Notes under the pieces: model-generated
What the model was told of the DNA's origin: nothing
What the model saw: only the letters and a program-made list of their open reading frames with translations
Databases searched by the model: none
Made by a program: the position numbers and the translations under genes
Part shown: piece by piece, positions 38,010 to 52,464 of the stretch
Layout of the letters: each line of letters starts with the position of its first letter
How positions within the stretch are numbered: position 1 is the first letter of the stretch
Origin: Pelomyxa schiedti
Taxonomy: Eukaryota > Protista > Evosea
Direction of reading: 5' to 3'
Length of the DNA stretch: 64,000 nt
Assembly: GCA_020536535.1 (NCBI GenBank)
Contig: JAHLWZ010000526.1
Span: 62,001 to 126,000, forward strand

Positions 38010-39272
38010 ATGGCGTTTTGTAACAGCGAAGTCGTTGCAACTATTGACGACGACCCCTCGTCGTGCCGCTTGGCATCAGTCCCCGCGCTCTGTGCCATTG
38101 ACCAGTTCGTTGCGCTGCTGATGTCGTCGCACCCGCGATGCGGCCCCCGCAGCCCGGCGGGGCCTGTGTGCTCCGTGGCTCCACTTGCGCGCCACATCTG
38201 GGACATGTCCGGAGTCGTCTACGTCGTGCTAGAGGTGAACCCCGAGGAGGAGCCGCCGGAATCGCGGTGCGCGATGTTTGGCGTGTCTGGCGCCACTCTG
38301 GGAGTGACTTATGGGCCCGTCTCGGGGCCCAACCGCCTGAGAGACTGGAAAACGCCGGGCCTCTGGGTCCACAGAGACAGAAACTCCGGCGATGACGACG
38401 GAGTTGGCTATTTGGTGCTCTACAGGGCGGATTATGGGACACTTTCAAGTGCAACTGCTTGTTGTGCTGGTGGCGGGGAAGTGGTGCCTGTGGCTTTGGG
38501 GTGCATGTCAGGGGATTCTGCCATAAATAGGAAGTGGTTTGTTGCTTGTGCGGACTACAGCGGTGCAGTATTCGAAGGATATAAGCTGATAATCAGTAAC
38601 ATTCAGCATGGAAAAGAGCCTGATGTGATGGTGGCAGTGCCTGGGAGTGAGAAGCTTCTTGTGTGCCAGTGTTATGTGTTCTTTAACAAGGTGGCTGCTG
38701 ATGAGGCTCTAGTCGTGATGCTGTGTGCTGGCGATCACTACGGACCTGCGTTTACTTTGTTTGATGTTGGTGCAACCTACAGGTCGAGGGAGCCTGCTGT
38801 GGTGATGAGCTCAATATGTACCACGTGGCCTCCTTATAACTCCTACACCTGTGAGGAGGTTTTGATTATGAGAAGACAAAATGGAGATGTCATTTTCATC
38901 TTGAAGGCAATTGAGAGCGTTCTCTGGGGTGCATTTGCAGTCGAGCCCACAACTGGGGTTTTCACACAGTTTGTGGAGCACTGTTCTCAGCTGTCACAGG
39001 TCAGCAACAGGGTGTTCTGCACAGGATGTCAGAGTATAGGGACATACGAGCTGTGGGACTGCAACAACCTAGCCACACCACTGCGGAAGGTAAGTGACAG
39101 ATTCCATCAAGTAGTTGGTGGCAGTGGGCTTCTGTTTGCAGTCCAACTAGGCAACAGGAAGATCACAGTACTTGAGGCCACCTCAGGAATCACTGTGCTA
39201 ACAATCGAGGTGACCTCCCTGCCCAGAGGTGCTCCCTTTTCCATCACTCCATGTTGCTCTCTGCTTTTTTGA
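38010..39272 (+). CDS. Intronless hypothetical protein, HPRCG..SP family
   Basis: Probable ATG at 38010; DQFVALLMSSHPRCGPRSPA, GVSGATLG and YELWDCNN. Confidence 0.8.
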   Translation: MAFCNSEVVATIDDDPSSCRLASVPALCAIDQFVALLMSSHPRCGPRSPAGPVCSVAPLARHIWDMSGVVYVVLEVNPEEEPPESRCAMFGVSGATLGVTYGPVSGPNRLRDWKTPGLWVHRDRNSGDDDGVGYLVLYRADYGTLSSATACCAGGGEVVPVALGCMSGDSAINRKWFVACADYSGAVFEGYKLIISNIQHGKEPDVMVAVPGSEKLLVCQCYVFFNKVAADEALVVMLCAGDHYGPAFTLFDVGATYRSREPAVVMSSICTTWPPYNSYTCEEVLIMRRQNGDVIFILKAIESVLWGAFAVEPTTGVFTQFVEHCSQLSQVSNRVFCTGCQSIGTYELWDCNNLATPLRKVSDRFHQVVGGSGLLFAVQLGNRKITVLEATSGITVLTIEVTSLPRGAPFSITPCCSLLF

Positions 39273-39599
39273 TTAGAAGGTATTTATTGTTTTTTTCTTT
39301 CTCTTATCGAATCCCCAGCTATGAAAAGAACCTGCTTTGCATTGACGGGTTCTATCTGTGCCAATATCTGGAAACATCCTCACAGCTGTGAAGGTTGTGA
39401 TCCAACGGTACCTTTTGAAGTAAGTGGGGGATCACGTCACGTCGGATTTCGGAATTCACCGGGTGTCTGTTTAAGACTTAGGTCTGTAATACATCTCTTC
39501 TTTCCATTATTATTGGCTCACTATCTTCCAGTAGCTTATCTTGCCGCATGCTGACGGGTATGTACAACCCAACCGGTACCAAGATGGAGCACTGGCGTC

Positions 39600-40346
39600 A
39601 TTCCGTTTTGAAGGGACATCGGCCACGTCAAAAATGTGACTCGTTATTTTTGATTCCCACAAACTCAACAGAGGGCTTTGCAAACGGGTCATATAGACAT
39701 GACATCAACAGACGGGATAAAGATACACACCCGACAAATCAGCAAATATCAGATATCAATCAAATGGCTAGAACAAGGATTGCAAACAGTCTGGTAAGCA
39801 AAACTCTGACAGCAAAGTCTACTTCACAGTCACACCAAGGTAATTACACACTTTCTCTCCAAACCCTCAATGTCCTGTCAGGTCACCAGTCTGCACTGTT
39901 ACAAGCCTCAAAAACACTGCAAACCACCACCACCACAGTGGAAAAAGCACTGCTTTGCCATTGGGTGCTCTGGTGTCTGCACAACATATTGGAGGTGAAT
40001 GTTCCAGTACCTTACATCCACCTGCAGTTCCCCACCCCAGCACCAGAGAGATGCTTGAAATCCTTGAGGGCAATATTGACACTGTTGAAATGCTTGCCTC
40101 CTGCCGTTTGGAATTTCAGTATCAATATTGCCCTCAAGGGTTTCAAATGGCAGAGCTTGCACAACATTCTCAGCCATAACGGTTAAAAACGCCAAGGAGC
40201 ATTCCCAACCCCTTGAAGTTCTTCGCCATATCGGCAGAGACGTCGAGGGCAAACACAATTCTCTCTGGCATGAACGGTCGTTCTTCCAGTTGTACTGGTA
40301 CCGTCGCAACCGCACCGCCGCTCACACTCGCTCCCTGTGTACTCAT
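39600..40346 (-). pseudogene. Possible degenerate MERIT40/BABAM1-like VWA gene fragment
   Basis: MSTQ...PERIVFALDVSADM resembles the start of the MERIT40 VWA domain. Downstream only frameshifted fragments (TRLQ / EFVGIK) are visible, with an inverted repeat inside. Confidence 0.35.
40055..40146. repeat. Local inverted repeat (30-bp arms, 2 mismatches, ~32-nt spacer)
   Basis: ttgaaatccttgagggcaatattgacactg (40055-40084) versus cagtatcaatattgccctcaagggtttcaa (40117-40146). Confidence 0.9.
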
Positions 40347-40717
40347 TTTCCCGAGATTTGATCGTAGTGACAGCTTACAAACGGCTTTAGATTTTCTATC
40401 CAAATATTTAGCTCACCTCGTCAAAAGAAACCTTTTTAAAATGCTTGTTGATGAGAGAAATGAGATGAACCCTGTAAGAGCCCAGTACCAGAAAGGAGCT
40501 TCAACAGACGCAGAAAAAAAGAAACTTTGAAAGAAGCAGAAGAAAAAGTTTGACAAAGAACGATGTTTTCGTATTCCTTTCTGAAGCCATGGAATATCCA
40601 CATAGAGAAATAGAAAGTTGAAATAGGGGTAGGTCCCATGTACTTGGGAAAACAAAACAGAAGCCCATTAAAAAGAAAGGTTGACAAAGGAACAGTGATT
40701 TATTATTTTTTCTCTGC

Positions 40718-40953
40718 CAACAACCAAAGACGGCCAAAGCCTCAAAGGGCAACGGGAAGGAGTGTGTCTTGGCAGGTAATAGGGTTTCCTTTTCCCCCTG
40801 GCTCTATATGTTCAAGTTGGCCAAACCAGTGGCACAACCCGAAACCAGAGGAAGGGGGATAGAGCCCTGTGCTTACCACATTCAACAAGACTCCTAGCAC
40901 TTCCCGTATAGCTGCCCAAGGAAGCTCTGTGGTCCGTATCTTTCCGGTTGTTG
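40718..40953 (-). ncRNA. Structured cis-element (long hairpin) in the actin 3' UTR, copy 2
   Basis: Same fold as 25728-25956 with covarying stems; followed by AAUAAA and a conserved CUGUUCCUUUGUCAAC. Confidence 0.8.
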
Positions 40954-40974
40954 TCTGAAGGGTTTAGTGTGTGT

Positions 40975-42213
<1,239 letters not shown>

Positions 42214-42493
42214 TTATTTTGTTTGTTGTGTCTGCTTGCGGTTGTCTGTTAAAAAAAAGGTTGCTTCGGTCCTCTTTAAAAGCCCCAACGATTTCCAAAA
42301 AAGGACGGGACAGTCTTAGAATAGGCTTTCTCTTCACTTGAAAGAGCGACTTCAACTTGGCTCCTTAACTGTGACAATACACTGAGAGCTAAAAACCCTC
42401 TAATCCATCAGCGAAGAAGGGGCGTTTTCATCCACGCGATCTTCCTTCATTCGGAAATTCCAGTTCTGATCGACACCGAAATTCAGTGGCGTA

Positions 42494-45400
42494 ATGACCA
42501 CAGAGCACGAGGGGCGCAGTGCGGAGGGTAACACCGCAATTGTGGGACACCCCCCAGATGCCATGCCAGCACACGCGGACGTGTCACCCGACTCGGACGC
42601 AGGAATACGGTCGCGGCACGACATGTGCCTGACTGAGTGCGTGGACCACCCCCTCATGCTGACGTCATCACCGGAAACCTGCAGTTGCAATGACGACTGT
42701 GGGTGTGACGGCCACGGCGACAAGGGAGGCGAAGGAGAGGGCGACGATTCTTCTGTTGCTTCTAATAATGACTCTACCTCTTCTGGTTCTGGTATGGTTG
42801 CAGTTGCATCCACCGCGTCAGATTGTAGCAGTGGTGGTTGTTCTTCTGAGGAGGCAGTGAGCGGAGGTGGCAGTGTTGATCAGGACCAGGACCCCCAATC
42901 CACAAGGGGTGCAAGTGGGGGGACACAGCCTGCTGTGGCGGGGCCTCGGCAGCAAAAGTGGAACGGACTCGATCAGCTGTTGCAGCTCGACGCTCAGGGA
43001 AGCACCGGCTTCACGAGGAAGAAAACTATGGATGTGCTCATCCTGCCTAATGAGGATGTTGTAAAGAGTGGGCACCAGGGAAGGGTCGCCAAGCTTTCAT
43101 CTGCTTTGCAGTCTAGCAGCGCACCACCGTCTCCGGTAAATTCAACCAAGGCACATGTGCTTAATTCACCTCAGAAAGGTGCTGCACCCCAGAGTCCATC
43201 AAGTCCAAATCAAGCAAAGAAAGCTTCAATTGCTCAGAGATTTTCGACTCTACTGAGATCAACAAAGACCCCTCAGGTGAAAAAGGAATCCCCCCTACAA
43301 ACACAATCAACAAATCCTTCAACGCCAAGTACATCATCCAGTGCTCCAAAAAAATCAGAAACAGAACCTCTTCCTACAGGCACTGCCCAACTTGAAAAAC
43401 AAGAGGCCCACCAAACCCAAGATTCCTCTGATCCTTCATCTTCACCAGAAAAAATGACAAATGAAGTGTCTGTCAAACAGACAAACAGAGACCTCCAAAC
43501 TGCGCTCCAAGGAAGCACTTCTCCCCAGGTAGCCAATGGTGAATCTCACGCAAATGATACCACGGAACTTGAATCAAGTAAGACTGAGGAAACAGACCCG
43601 ATCTCTAAATCAAATGAGAACTTAAACTCCTCCACAAGTAGTGTAACATCACTGCACACTGTCACTTCCACATCTGCAACACAAGCTCCCTCAGCCAGTA
43701 CAAGTATGAACCCACAAGTCTCATCACCCTTTGACTGGAGTGCATGTCTGGCTGGATTGCTGGAACAAATTTCTGTAAGTACAGCTACCTCTTTGGCCGA
43801 TTTAGGGGAGCCGGCATCGAGTCCAACTATTTCTACTGCCAATGAAAAATCCTATGCAGTGAGTGTGGATGCCAATCAAAAGGCAGTGGCACAAGTTGAA
43901 GATAAAAGTATTTCACTCCAAGCGCCTTCAACCAGTGAAAACGACAGAGCAACTTCTGTGTCTTCTGATCCCTCCAACTCTTTTGCCACTTTCTCTCATG
44001 CAGTGAATCAAAAATCATTTTTTTCCTGGAACAGGTTCATTGGTGACTGTGGAACCAAAGTAACAGCTGCAAATAGTACATCACAAGACACTACATATAA
44101 CTCAACCCCATATGCACCTTCACCCAAAACCAAATGGCCCACTTGTGCGCCAACCAAGAAGAATTCCACATTCTCATCAAACAAGACCAAATCTACTTGC
44201 AGACAGCGTTCAAATACCCTCGCATGTGCAAGTATATCTCGTCACCTCAAGGTACTCTCATCTAAAAGAGTGACTGGGTTAAATATTGACAGGACAAATG
44301 TAACCTCGCCTTTCCTCTTGTGGTATACTTGCCAGATGGTACTGCTGTTGCCACGCCTATGAAGAGATACACTACACCTGCTCAAATTTGTTCCCGTATA
44401 GCTTTGCTCTGCCCACAACTAGAATCTAGATCACTAAGATTAACATCGCACACTGGAGCCTTGCTAGATCATGGCTTCATACTATGTGAGTGTGAGGATG
44501 TTCTACAATGTACTAGATTTGGGGTGTGGCCCAGGGTGCATATTGTTTCCTTTATTGCCCGAGGAAGACAGCTTGTTGCTAGCCATTTGAAAGTAAGTGT
44601 CTTGTATGTTCAACTCAAGTTAATAGCTTTCTCAAGCATTCTGTAACTGAAAAGCCAAAAATAGTCCTGGTAAATAATAACGCTGCTCTTTCTGTTCTAA
44701 ATTGTCTCTGTTTGTTTCTAAGAATAGCACATTTCTCCCTTTCCAACTTCTCATACCTGGTGGCCAAACATTGTACTTGAAATGCTCTACTTCTGATACC
44801 CTTACACAAGTAAATGAAATTATCAAACAAGACTGATTTGTTTTCACGCAGATAAAGCAATTAATTATCCCACAAGCACTTCAAGAAGTGGGATTGATTC
44901 TGCCACCTAACGCCTATAATACCTTTGTACCTGGTCTCAAGAATACACTTTCTATAATGAACGTGCCTTTCATTGCTCTGTGCAGAAGTTATGGTATTAT
45001 ACCAAAACTTGTTCTAGAAAGGCAATCAATTGTGTGTAAAGCATTCCCGCTCGGTATTTCTTTTATTTCTTTGTCAACCATTTTAACAGGATAGACAAGT
45101 GGCAATTGAAAATGATATTTCCACTATTCTTGGGGAATATGAGCACTCCATCGGACTAGAAGAACTTATTTTCAAGCAAAAGGCAGCTAGGTACCCATCT
45201 GTGATATTGGTTTTTTTCTCAACTACACAGATTGAGATATCAACAACGAATATCAGGGATACCACTGTGGTTATCGTCTGCTCCCCCAGAAAAACAGAAG
45301 GGGGCAATTGACATTAATATCGAGCTTCCCCTTCTGGGAACAACGATGCATATCCCTTCGACACGTACGATTTTTTTTCCCCCTCACCCTGAGTTTAATT

Positions 45401-48400
45401 TTTCCTGTGAGCAGGTTCTGAAACAGCTGATGGTTTGATCACCAAGCTCTTTTCTGCCTTTTATGCACAGGTAGCTAAAGACTGTTCTGCTAATGATTTT
45501 GTTCTTAAGGTATGCTCTTCCTTGTGGCGCCTTTGACTAAGCTTTAGGTCAAATTCTTGGATGAGTACATCTTTGGGAGCCAGCCCCTTGTTGCATTTCA
45601 CTACATTAATGCCACCCTTGAGTCAAACCAAGTTCCATTTCTAGTAATAACAACGCGACCTGACCCATCACAATCACCTGATTTTGAACACTTCCCTGAT
45701 GCTCCTGTATACACTTACCAAAGTAATGCTGGACTTATTTAACATGACAGTTCTTTAAACTTCCAAGTTCAACTCTGGAGTATAGTCATGACTACTTGGA
45801 TATATCCAAGAAACCATGGCAAGAGATACCATGTTTCTCGATATGGTCTTATAAGGTAGTAGCAATACCTTAGTTGTCCCTTTTCTCATTTCCACAGGAT
45901 TTTTTTTCCTTCAAGGTGATTGGACTCGAATTTCCTCTCACCTCAGAACTACCAGCTGATTTAGTTTCGATATTCATAGCAGCTGGATTGTGAGCCTGTT
46001 AAATGTTTAACTCTAATACGTATGAAACATTCCTCTAAGATATCATGGTGGTGAACTTCTCTCTCCCTTGATTTTCACTGATGTTGTGCCTGTGTCAAAT
46101 TGTACTCACTGGAAGAAGCAATTGAGGACACTCACCCCAATGTGTGAGCTTCCAAGGGTACAGTGGAACCACCACATTTTTTTCCCGCGATTACAATTTT
46201 CCTGCAGGCGACAAGGCTTTGCTTTACAGCTTTTGGGAGAGTGTCAAAAGAAGATACGCAGGAAGTACTACCTAAAGACAACCCATTAGGATGGGTCAGC
46301 TGCCTCCTATTTGACTACAAGCATGAGCTAATCGTATATGAAATTGATCTTGAAAATTTTCCCCAATAACCACTATCCAGACAGGAAAACATATTTTGGC
46401 TATGTGGCTTAATGATAAAGCTAATCCAATTGGAACTTGCAATGAAAACTTTTCAGAGCATGACAAGACATTATCTATTTGCATTGAATTCCCAAAGTAT
46501 ACTTTGCCTATTGTTTTCCCCACTCAAGATGGTATGCAACGCAATCCATTTCATGTTGCAAACAGCAAAAAACCAGCAAGTATTGAAACTTCTACAAAAA
46601 TGGATGGCTCGGACCCCATTGACGTGAAGCGAGTGGACGAGATTTTAGAAAAAGGTTTCTCTTGTTGAAAAGGAAAAGCACCTAACCAAGTCCCCAGATC
46701 AATTGTACCCCCTCACAGAAAAAGATAAAAAAATTCTGTGGAGCCAAGCAGAACGCATTAAGGACAGGCCCAAGGTTGGACATGTAAACCCTACTCCACT
46801 CACTTATAGAGATTCTTAGGCTCTACCGAGAATCTTAAGTGGAGTTAACTACCGAGACAGATTTGCAGTATCTTATCTCCACAGGTAAAACTCCTTCCTT
46901 TACTTCACTGAAATACTACGAGACTATTGTCGTCAGTGGAACTAAAGCCGTTTCACGCTTTGGAGGTTCTATTTTTCCTTTGTCCTTTGTTTGACAACTG
47001 TACCAGCTCCTCGATGCGAAGTATCCAGACAGTAGAGTACGGGAGCTTGCTGTTGAGACAATTGATAAAATGAGTGACCAAGAGATATTAGATTATCTTA
47101 TACAACTTGTTCAGGTGCATCTTTTTAGCGGTGCCGATCCCCTTTCTAATTAGAACCAGGTTCTGAAGTATGAGCCATACCAAGACTCCTCCCTGGCAAT
47201 GTTTCTGCTTAAAAGGGGGCTGACAAACCCCAAAGTATGCTTGGACATTGCAAATGTCTTTCTTACATTGGTCAGGTTGGGCAAGATATATTCTGGCATT
47301 TACTGGTACGCAAGTACTCTCATTAATTAACAATTTTTGCTAACTGTAAATATCATCTTTTCATTGGGCAGAGTGAAGTTCATGTCCCCGATACACGGAG
47401 CCGATATCATCTCCTCTTGGACGCATACTTAAGGGGATGTGGCCCTCAAAGAAAAGAGCTACTCTTCCAACATAAACTTTTGAACGGCCTCCGCTCTGTG
47501 GCAAATGGACTTAAGGTGACATATTTATTAGGAGTGAAGTATTGAGAATTAAATGTTCCAGGTTCTCAAAGATAGTGATAGGCAAAATTTTTTGCTTCAA
47601 GAACTCAAAAAATATCACGTCACCTCTCCCTTCCATTTACCAGTAAACCCAGAGTACACAGTTTAAATTTTGAAACTTTAAACGTTCTAAGTATTGACCA
47701 GCTTCATTGCTTGTGGGCTGGAGATACCAAAATGTAAATACATGGATTCTAAAAAATTACCGCTTTGGCTTGTGTTTCAACACTGCAACAGTGAGCGAAC
47801 GACCTACCCAGTTCTATTCAAATCAGGTGATGATCTCCGGCAAGATATGCTTACCCTGCAGGTAATGTCCAACCAGATGGTAATTTCTCTTACCACTTTT
47901 CAGATGATCCGACTTATGGATAATGTAACTTCACAATATCGAAGACCTTTAATTTATTTGTGCAGTTGTGGAAAGCAGAAGGACTCGATCTTCAACTTTC
48001 TCCTTACAGAACAATGAATATGGGAGACAGTGTGGGAATGATTGAGATTGTCCAAAACGCCACTACAACGGCAAACATTCACAAGGTTAAAATATTACCA
48101 AGAAATGATCGATTCATTGATATCAAAATTTCCAGCAATCCGGAGGAGCAACAGCTGCGTTTAGGAATGAGCCTCTTGCCACATGGATACGCAAACACAA
48201 TACCACAGATGAAGACTATAAATGTGCTGTCACTAGATTCATGCTCTCTTGTGCTGGGTACTGCGTTGCGACCTACGTTCTTGGAATTGGGGACCGACAC
48301 AACGACAACGTTTTTATCCATTTTTTCTACTTTCATGTAATGGTTCCCAGATTATGCTTACTAAAACGGGTTGTTTGTTCCATATAGACTTTGGACATTT

Positions 48401-48955
48401 TCTTGGTTGCTTTGTAATATCCTTTAAGACTCTTACCTTCATCAGGACATAAGAAGAAAAAGCTGGGTATCAACCGGGAGCCAGCTCCATTTGTATTCAC
48501 ACCAGACTTTGCCTATGTGATGGGTGGCAGAAACTCCCCCGATTTTGAACGCTTTACCAGTATTGCTTGCACTGCCTATAATATCATCCGCAGACATGCC
48601 TACATGTTTATTACACTTCTTGCACTTGTGAGCTTTTCTTTCTCCCTGACAATGAATTTGAGTCGTTCTAATAATAAGCTAGATGCTTTCAACAGGCATA
48701 CCGGAACTGCAATCTGTATTCCCCCTTCGTTCTTTCTTCATTTTCGGTTACATCGCCGTATAGGAGAATGATATAAAATACCTTCGTGATGCTTTCAGCT
48801 TGGATATGACAGACAAGGAAGCGGCTGATAAATTCAAAGGTCTCATTATATTGAGCCTCACTACATGGACCACCCGAATAAATAACGCTGTACATATAGC
48901 CATGCGTGTGTACCATTACAGACTGTTGATAGTGTTTAATTGGCTGATAGATTGA
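42494..48955 (+). CDS. Class I phosphatidylinositol 3-kinase catalytic subunit (Ras-binding, C2, helical and kinase domains); many introns
   Basis: QLVQ|[72 protein letters not shown]|[19 protein letters not shown] and REPAPFVFT. The exact stop is uncertain. Confidence 0.93.
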
Positions 48956-50400
48956 GGAATTTGTGTTTTAATAGGCAGTGCTTGTGGGTATGCCCACAAG
49001 CCAAAAAAAAAAAAAGAAACTCCAAATTTTGTACGACTGTTTAACACGCTATCCCCAACGTTGGCCAAGCTCATGTTCGAGACCTCCAATGCGGGGATTC
49101 GCTTGACTTTGAAACTTCGACGCCACAACACAATCGGATTTCCAGGCAGACCCACAGCTCGTGCACACTTCGCCATAAGTATCCAGGGTGGTGCTCGACG
49201 CTCGATCTTCACCTTTTTGTGTTATTCATGTTTCCCCAAACACATCGATAAGGAGCCGAGGTGTTGTCGCAGCCTGTCACAGCACTAATCGCCAAACCAC
49301 CTTGTCTTCAAACCACTTATTTCCTCTTCTGTTACAAAAAAAACAAAGTTTGTAATGTTAAAACAATACATAGTTACTAGAAACACAAATCATAATCCAT
49401 GCTTCTGTGTATTGTGTTTGAAACTAATGAGGGATCACTCACTCAGCAATGAAATAAAGAGAGGAATTTGATTGGAATAAAAGGCACTATTTCTTGTTAC
49501 AACACAATGTCATCCCTTTGGAACCACATAGCCAAGTTAATACTCATACAAAAACAAAAAAACCCAAAAAAAAGAGAGGTAACCACACAAAAAGCAACTA
49601 TTGGTGGGGATCAATAAAAGTTGCATCAGACAACTTGACTGACAATCCCACCAGTAGGGAGAATTAAATACAGGATATTATGAAGGCTGAGTAGTGTAAA
49701 GGTATGTAACTCGGTCCGGCAGTAACAATCTGTGGGGTGGGCTATGCACTCAGAGCAGGTGGATGGCAGAAATTGGCTCACCTGTGTGTGATTCAGTGAA
49801 TCCACAGGCAAACTCTTCAATGCAAACCGCTGAAGCAATGCAGGACTGAGAGGCCTTTATAAGCTTGACACTCCAAGCTCAGAATCACATCGAAAAAAAC
49901 ACACAAACCCAAACAAATAAACAACAAACACAAGGCAAACAATAGAACCCTTTATTCCAATCGAATTCATCTCTTTCTGTCTTCCGTTATTGAGTGAGTA
50001 TCCCCATATTAGCTCAAACGCAACATGCACAGAAGCATACACCAGCCGCATTGTTTTTGGTTGTAGGTCATGTATGGTACCCTCCCGCTCCCTCCCCTCC
50101 CCCCCTCCCACCATCCACTAAATCCTACGTTGTAGGCCTCAGTGGCGCAGCTGATGGCGTAGGTGCTGGTGGGTCTGGGCTTTGGGTCGACCTTCACCCC
50201 CTTCACTCGGTCCGTTGCCGTGGTATCGCTGCTGTTCCCAACACCGCCGGTCGACGCCTACGCATACGCGGGACACCAACACATCGACAGTGGTGGCTGT
50301 TTTTACAGGAATTTGATAGGCCAAAAAACAGCCGCCCTTTGATCCAGATATGGATCAAGTTTGAGCACGAAGCTGGAGTGTAAAAAAGAAAAAGTTTTGT

Positions 50401-51470
50401 TTAATTAAAGGCGACTTGTTGTAGCCTAGTCAAAACTTCCTCCAGATTGCCAAAAACAGAAGCAAAGCTGATGACTTGGGCAGGGATGGGTAGTGCTCCA
50501 TCACCTCCTGGTCTTACTTGGATGCTGGTAACGCCGGTCTGTGGGTCTGTGGTTGTGGAACCTACGTCCTCGGCATTGATGCAACCTCCAAGCCAGTTGT
50601 AGACCATTCGGGATGAGGCGGCACTGTAGATTTTGATTACGTGCCACTTGCGAGAGAGCTCACTGTGTGGAGGTGTCTTGGCACCAACTGCGTGAATGAA
50701 CAATAATTGCCCAGTTGTGTCATATTGAACCTTGCTCCCGTTAGAAGTTGGTGTATATGGTTTTGTACATACAAAAGAGTTACCACAGAACTCGCCATAG
50801 TCATTAATCACGCCTGCAGGTGACGGTGGCCATCGTATCATGTGATAAGGAGTCTGGGTGGCAATCCAAGAAAACAAAAATGTGTCCTTGTCCCCATTCA
50901 CCATTGAATAATAGAAATCTTGCCGTTGGTTCATGAACCCCACTAAAAGTAGCTGTCGCCAAACTCGAGACTTATCTACAACGAGTTGTCCACTTTCTTG
51001 AGCCCACATGTCGACAAAAGGAACACCCATAACTTGCCATACGGCACTTTCCTACATGAATAAGAAGTACGAACTAAACGAAGCACTTACTTCAGAGATT
51101 CCGTACATATCAGGCCAGAAAATTGCCCCAGTGTTGATAAACTCGGGTGTGTCAAAAAGATATGTGGGATCTCTTCCAGGAGTATTGTCCGCATCCAGGT
51201 ACAGAATGTTGGTAAAATTACTGCATAAGATTGCCATAACTTTCATATCTATGTTCAGGAGTAAGTACTTGCTCATTTTCAAATGGTACATACGGAATCC
51301 TTTATGCCCCACGTTTGTACCGCCGCGTTGTAATCCTCCAATGGCTCTGTCATACATTTCTGCAATTCCGTTGAGGGATCGCAGTCTGATATCACCATAT
51401 TTGGTTAGCATCATTATGTCTTCTTTCTGGATATCACTCAATTCTTCAGCAGCGTACCACACCTCTTTTT

Positions 51471-51505
<35 letters not shown>

Positions 51506-52464
51506 AATGGATTTGTATGTAAACGGTACCTATAGGAACACAGACTCTGTGGACTAAAACTAGCAGACGAAGGTTACCCAAACACAGAGGGAAGTATCTT
51601 CCACCACAGGACAACACTATACCGCGAGACGACACACCAGCTCCCGCAGCAAACGGTGCTGGCAGCCGTACAAGTGACTTGACAATAGCAAAGAACGCAC
51701 GCCAGTCACGAGCCTCCCGCTCTATACGCTCCCGTGTGAAAGAGGAAAACTGGGCCTTGGCGTAATCTGTGTAATACTGGTCTGGGGAACGCTGTATCAC
51801 TTGAGATCTCTTCATAGATTAGAAGGGCGAAATGCAGAGTAGTGGTTACCAGAGGGTTTATAGCAGTAACACGAGCTGGGACCTTCGTCAATCTTGGCAC
51901 TTTAGCTGAAATATCATCTGAAAGTTGAGCCCTGCAAAGAGCTTGGATGCGATTTCGTTCTACTTGAAAAGGATCCAAGGACGGGAAGATATTTGCAAGG
52001 ACACGATAAACTGCATGGCCATCAAGTGCAGCAAGTACAAGGATAATAGTGCAGAGCCCTAGAATTGAAAGCACAAGGCACCCCTTTATGGAAAAGAGTC
52101 TTTGGATTAATCGGCAGTGACCACGTCCTGGGCTTTTCTTCTGGTATCTAGCAGGCGAATCCGTGTCATAATCAGACGAATCCGACAGCTCATGGTACAC
52201 TCTGCCCTGGTGCCTGTGCTCGTGACTAGAGCCACACTCTTTGCCCTGGTGCCGACTAGAACTAGAAGCTCCAGTGTAACGAGGCGGAAGCAGTGGTGGT
52301 GTTTCACTGCCATTTGCCGTACGCCGTATATTCATGCCTGCACGAAACACTTCTCTGGAAGGCTCTTTCGCATCAGGAACGATTCTGACATCTACCACAT
52401 CATCCGAGCACCCTACACGTCGCGAGCGCGCCAAGAGTGAGTGCAATTTTGCAAGTAAAACCAC
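50401..52464 (-). CDS. GT71 (MNN2/MNN5-like) alpha-mannosyltransferase, type II membrane protein, multi-exon
   Basis: TM segment GCLVLSILGLCTIILVLAAL; RGIVLSCGG; PIEVW; ILYLDADN..DPTYLFDTPEF..TGAIFWPD; QESGQLVVDKSR; GDKDTF. Start uncertain (ATG at 52335 is likely). Confidence 0.88.
51471..51505. repeat. (GTT)n microsatellite within an intron of the GT71 gene
   Basis: About 11 tandem GTT units. Confidence 0.95.

Noticed and set aside
50138-50200. tRNA-like start (GCCTCAGTGGCGCAGCTG, A-box-like)
   Set aside because: No anticodon stem, no GTTCRA T-loop/B-box and no acceptor-stem partner.
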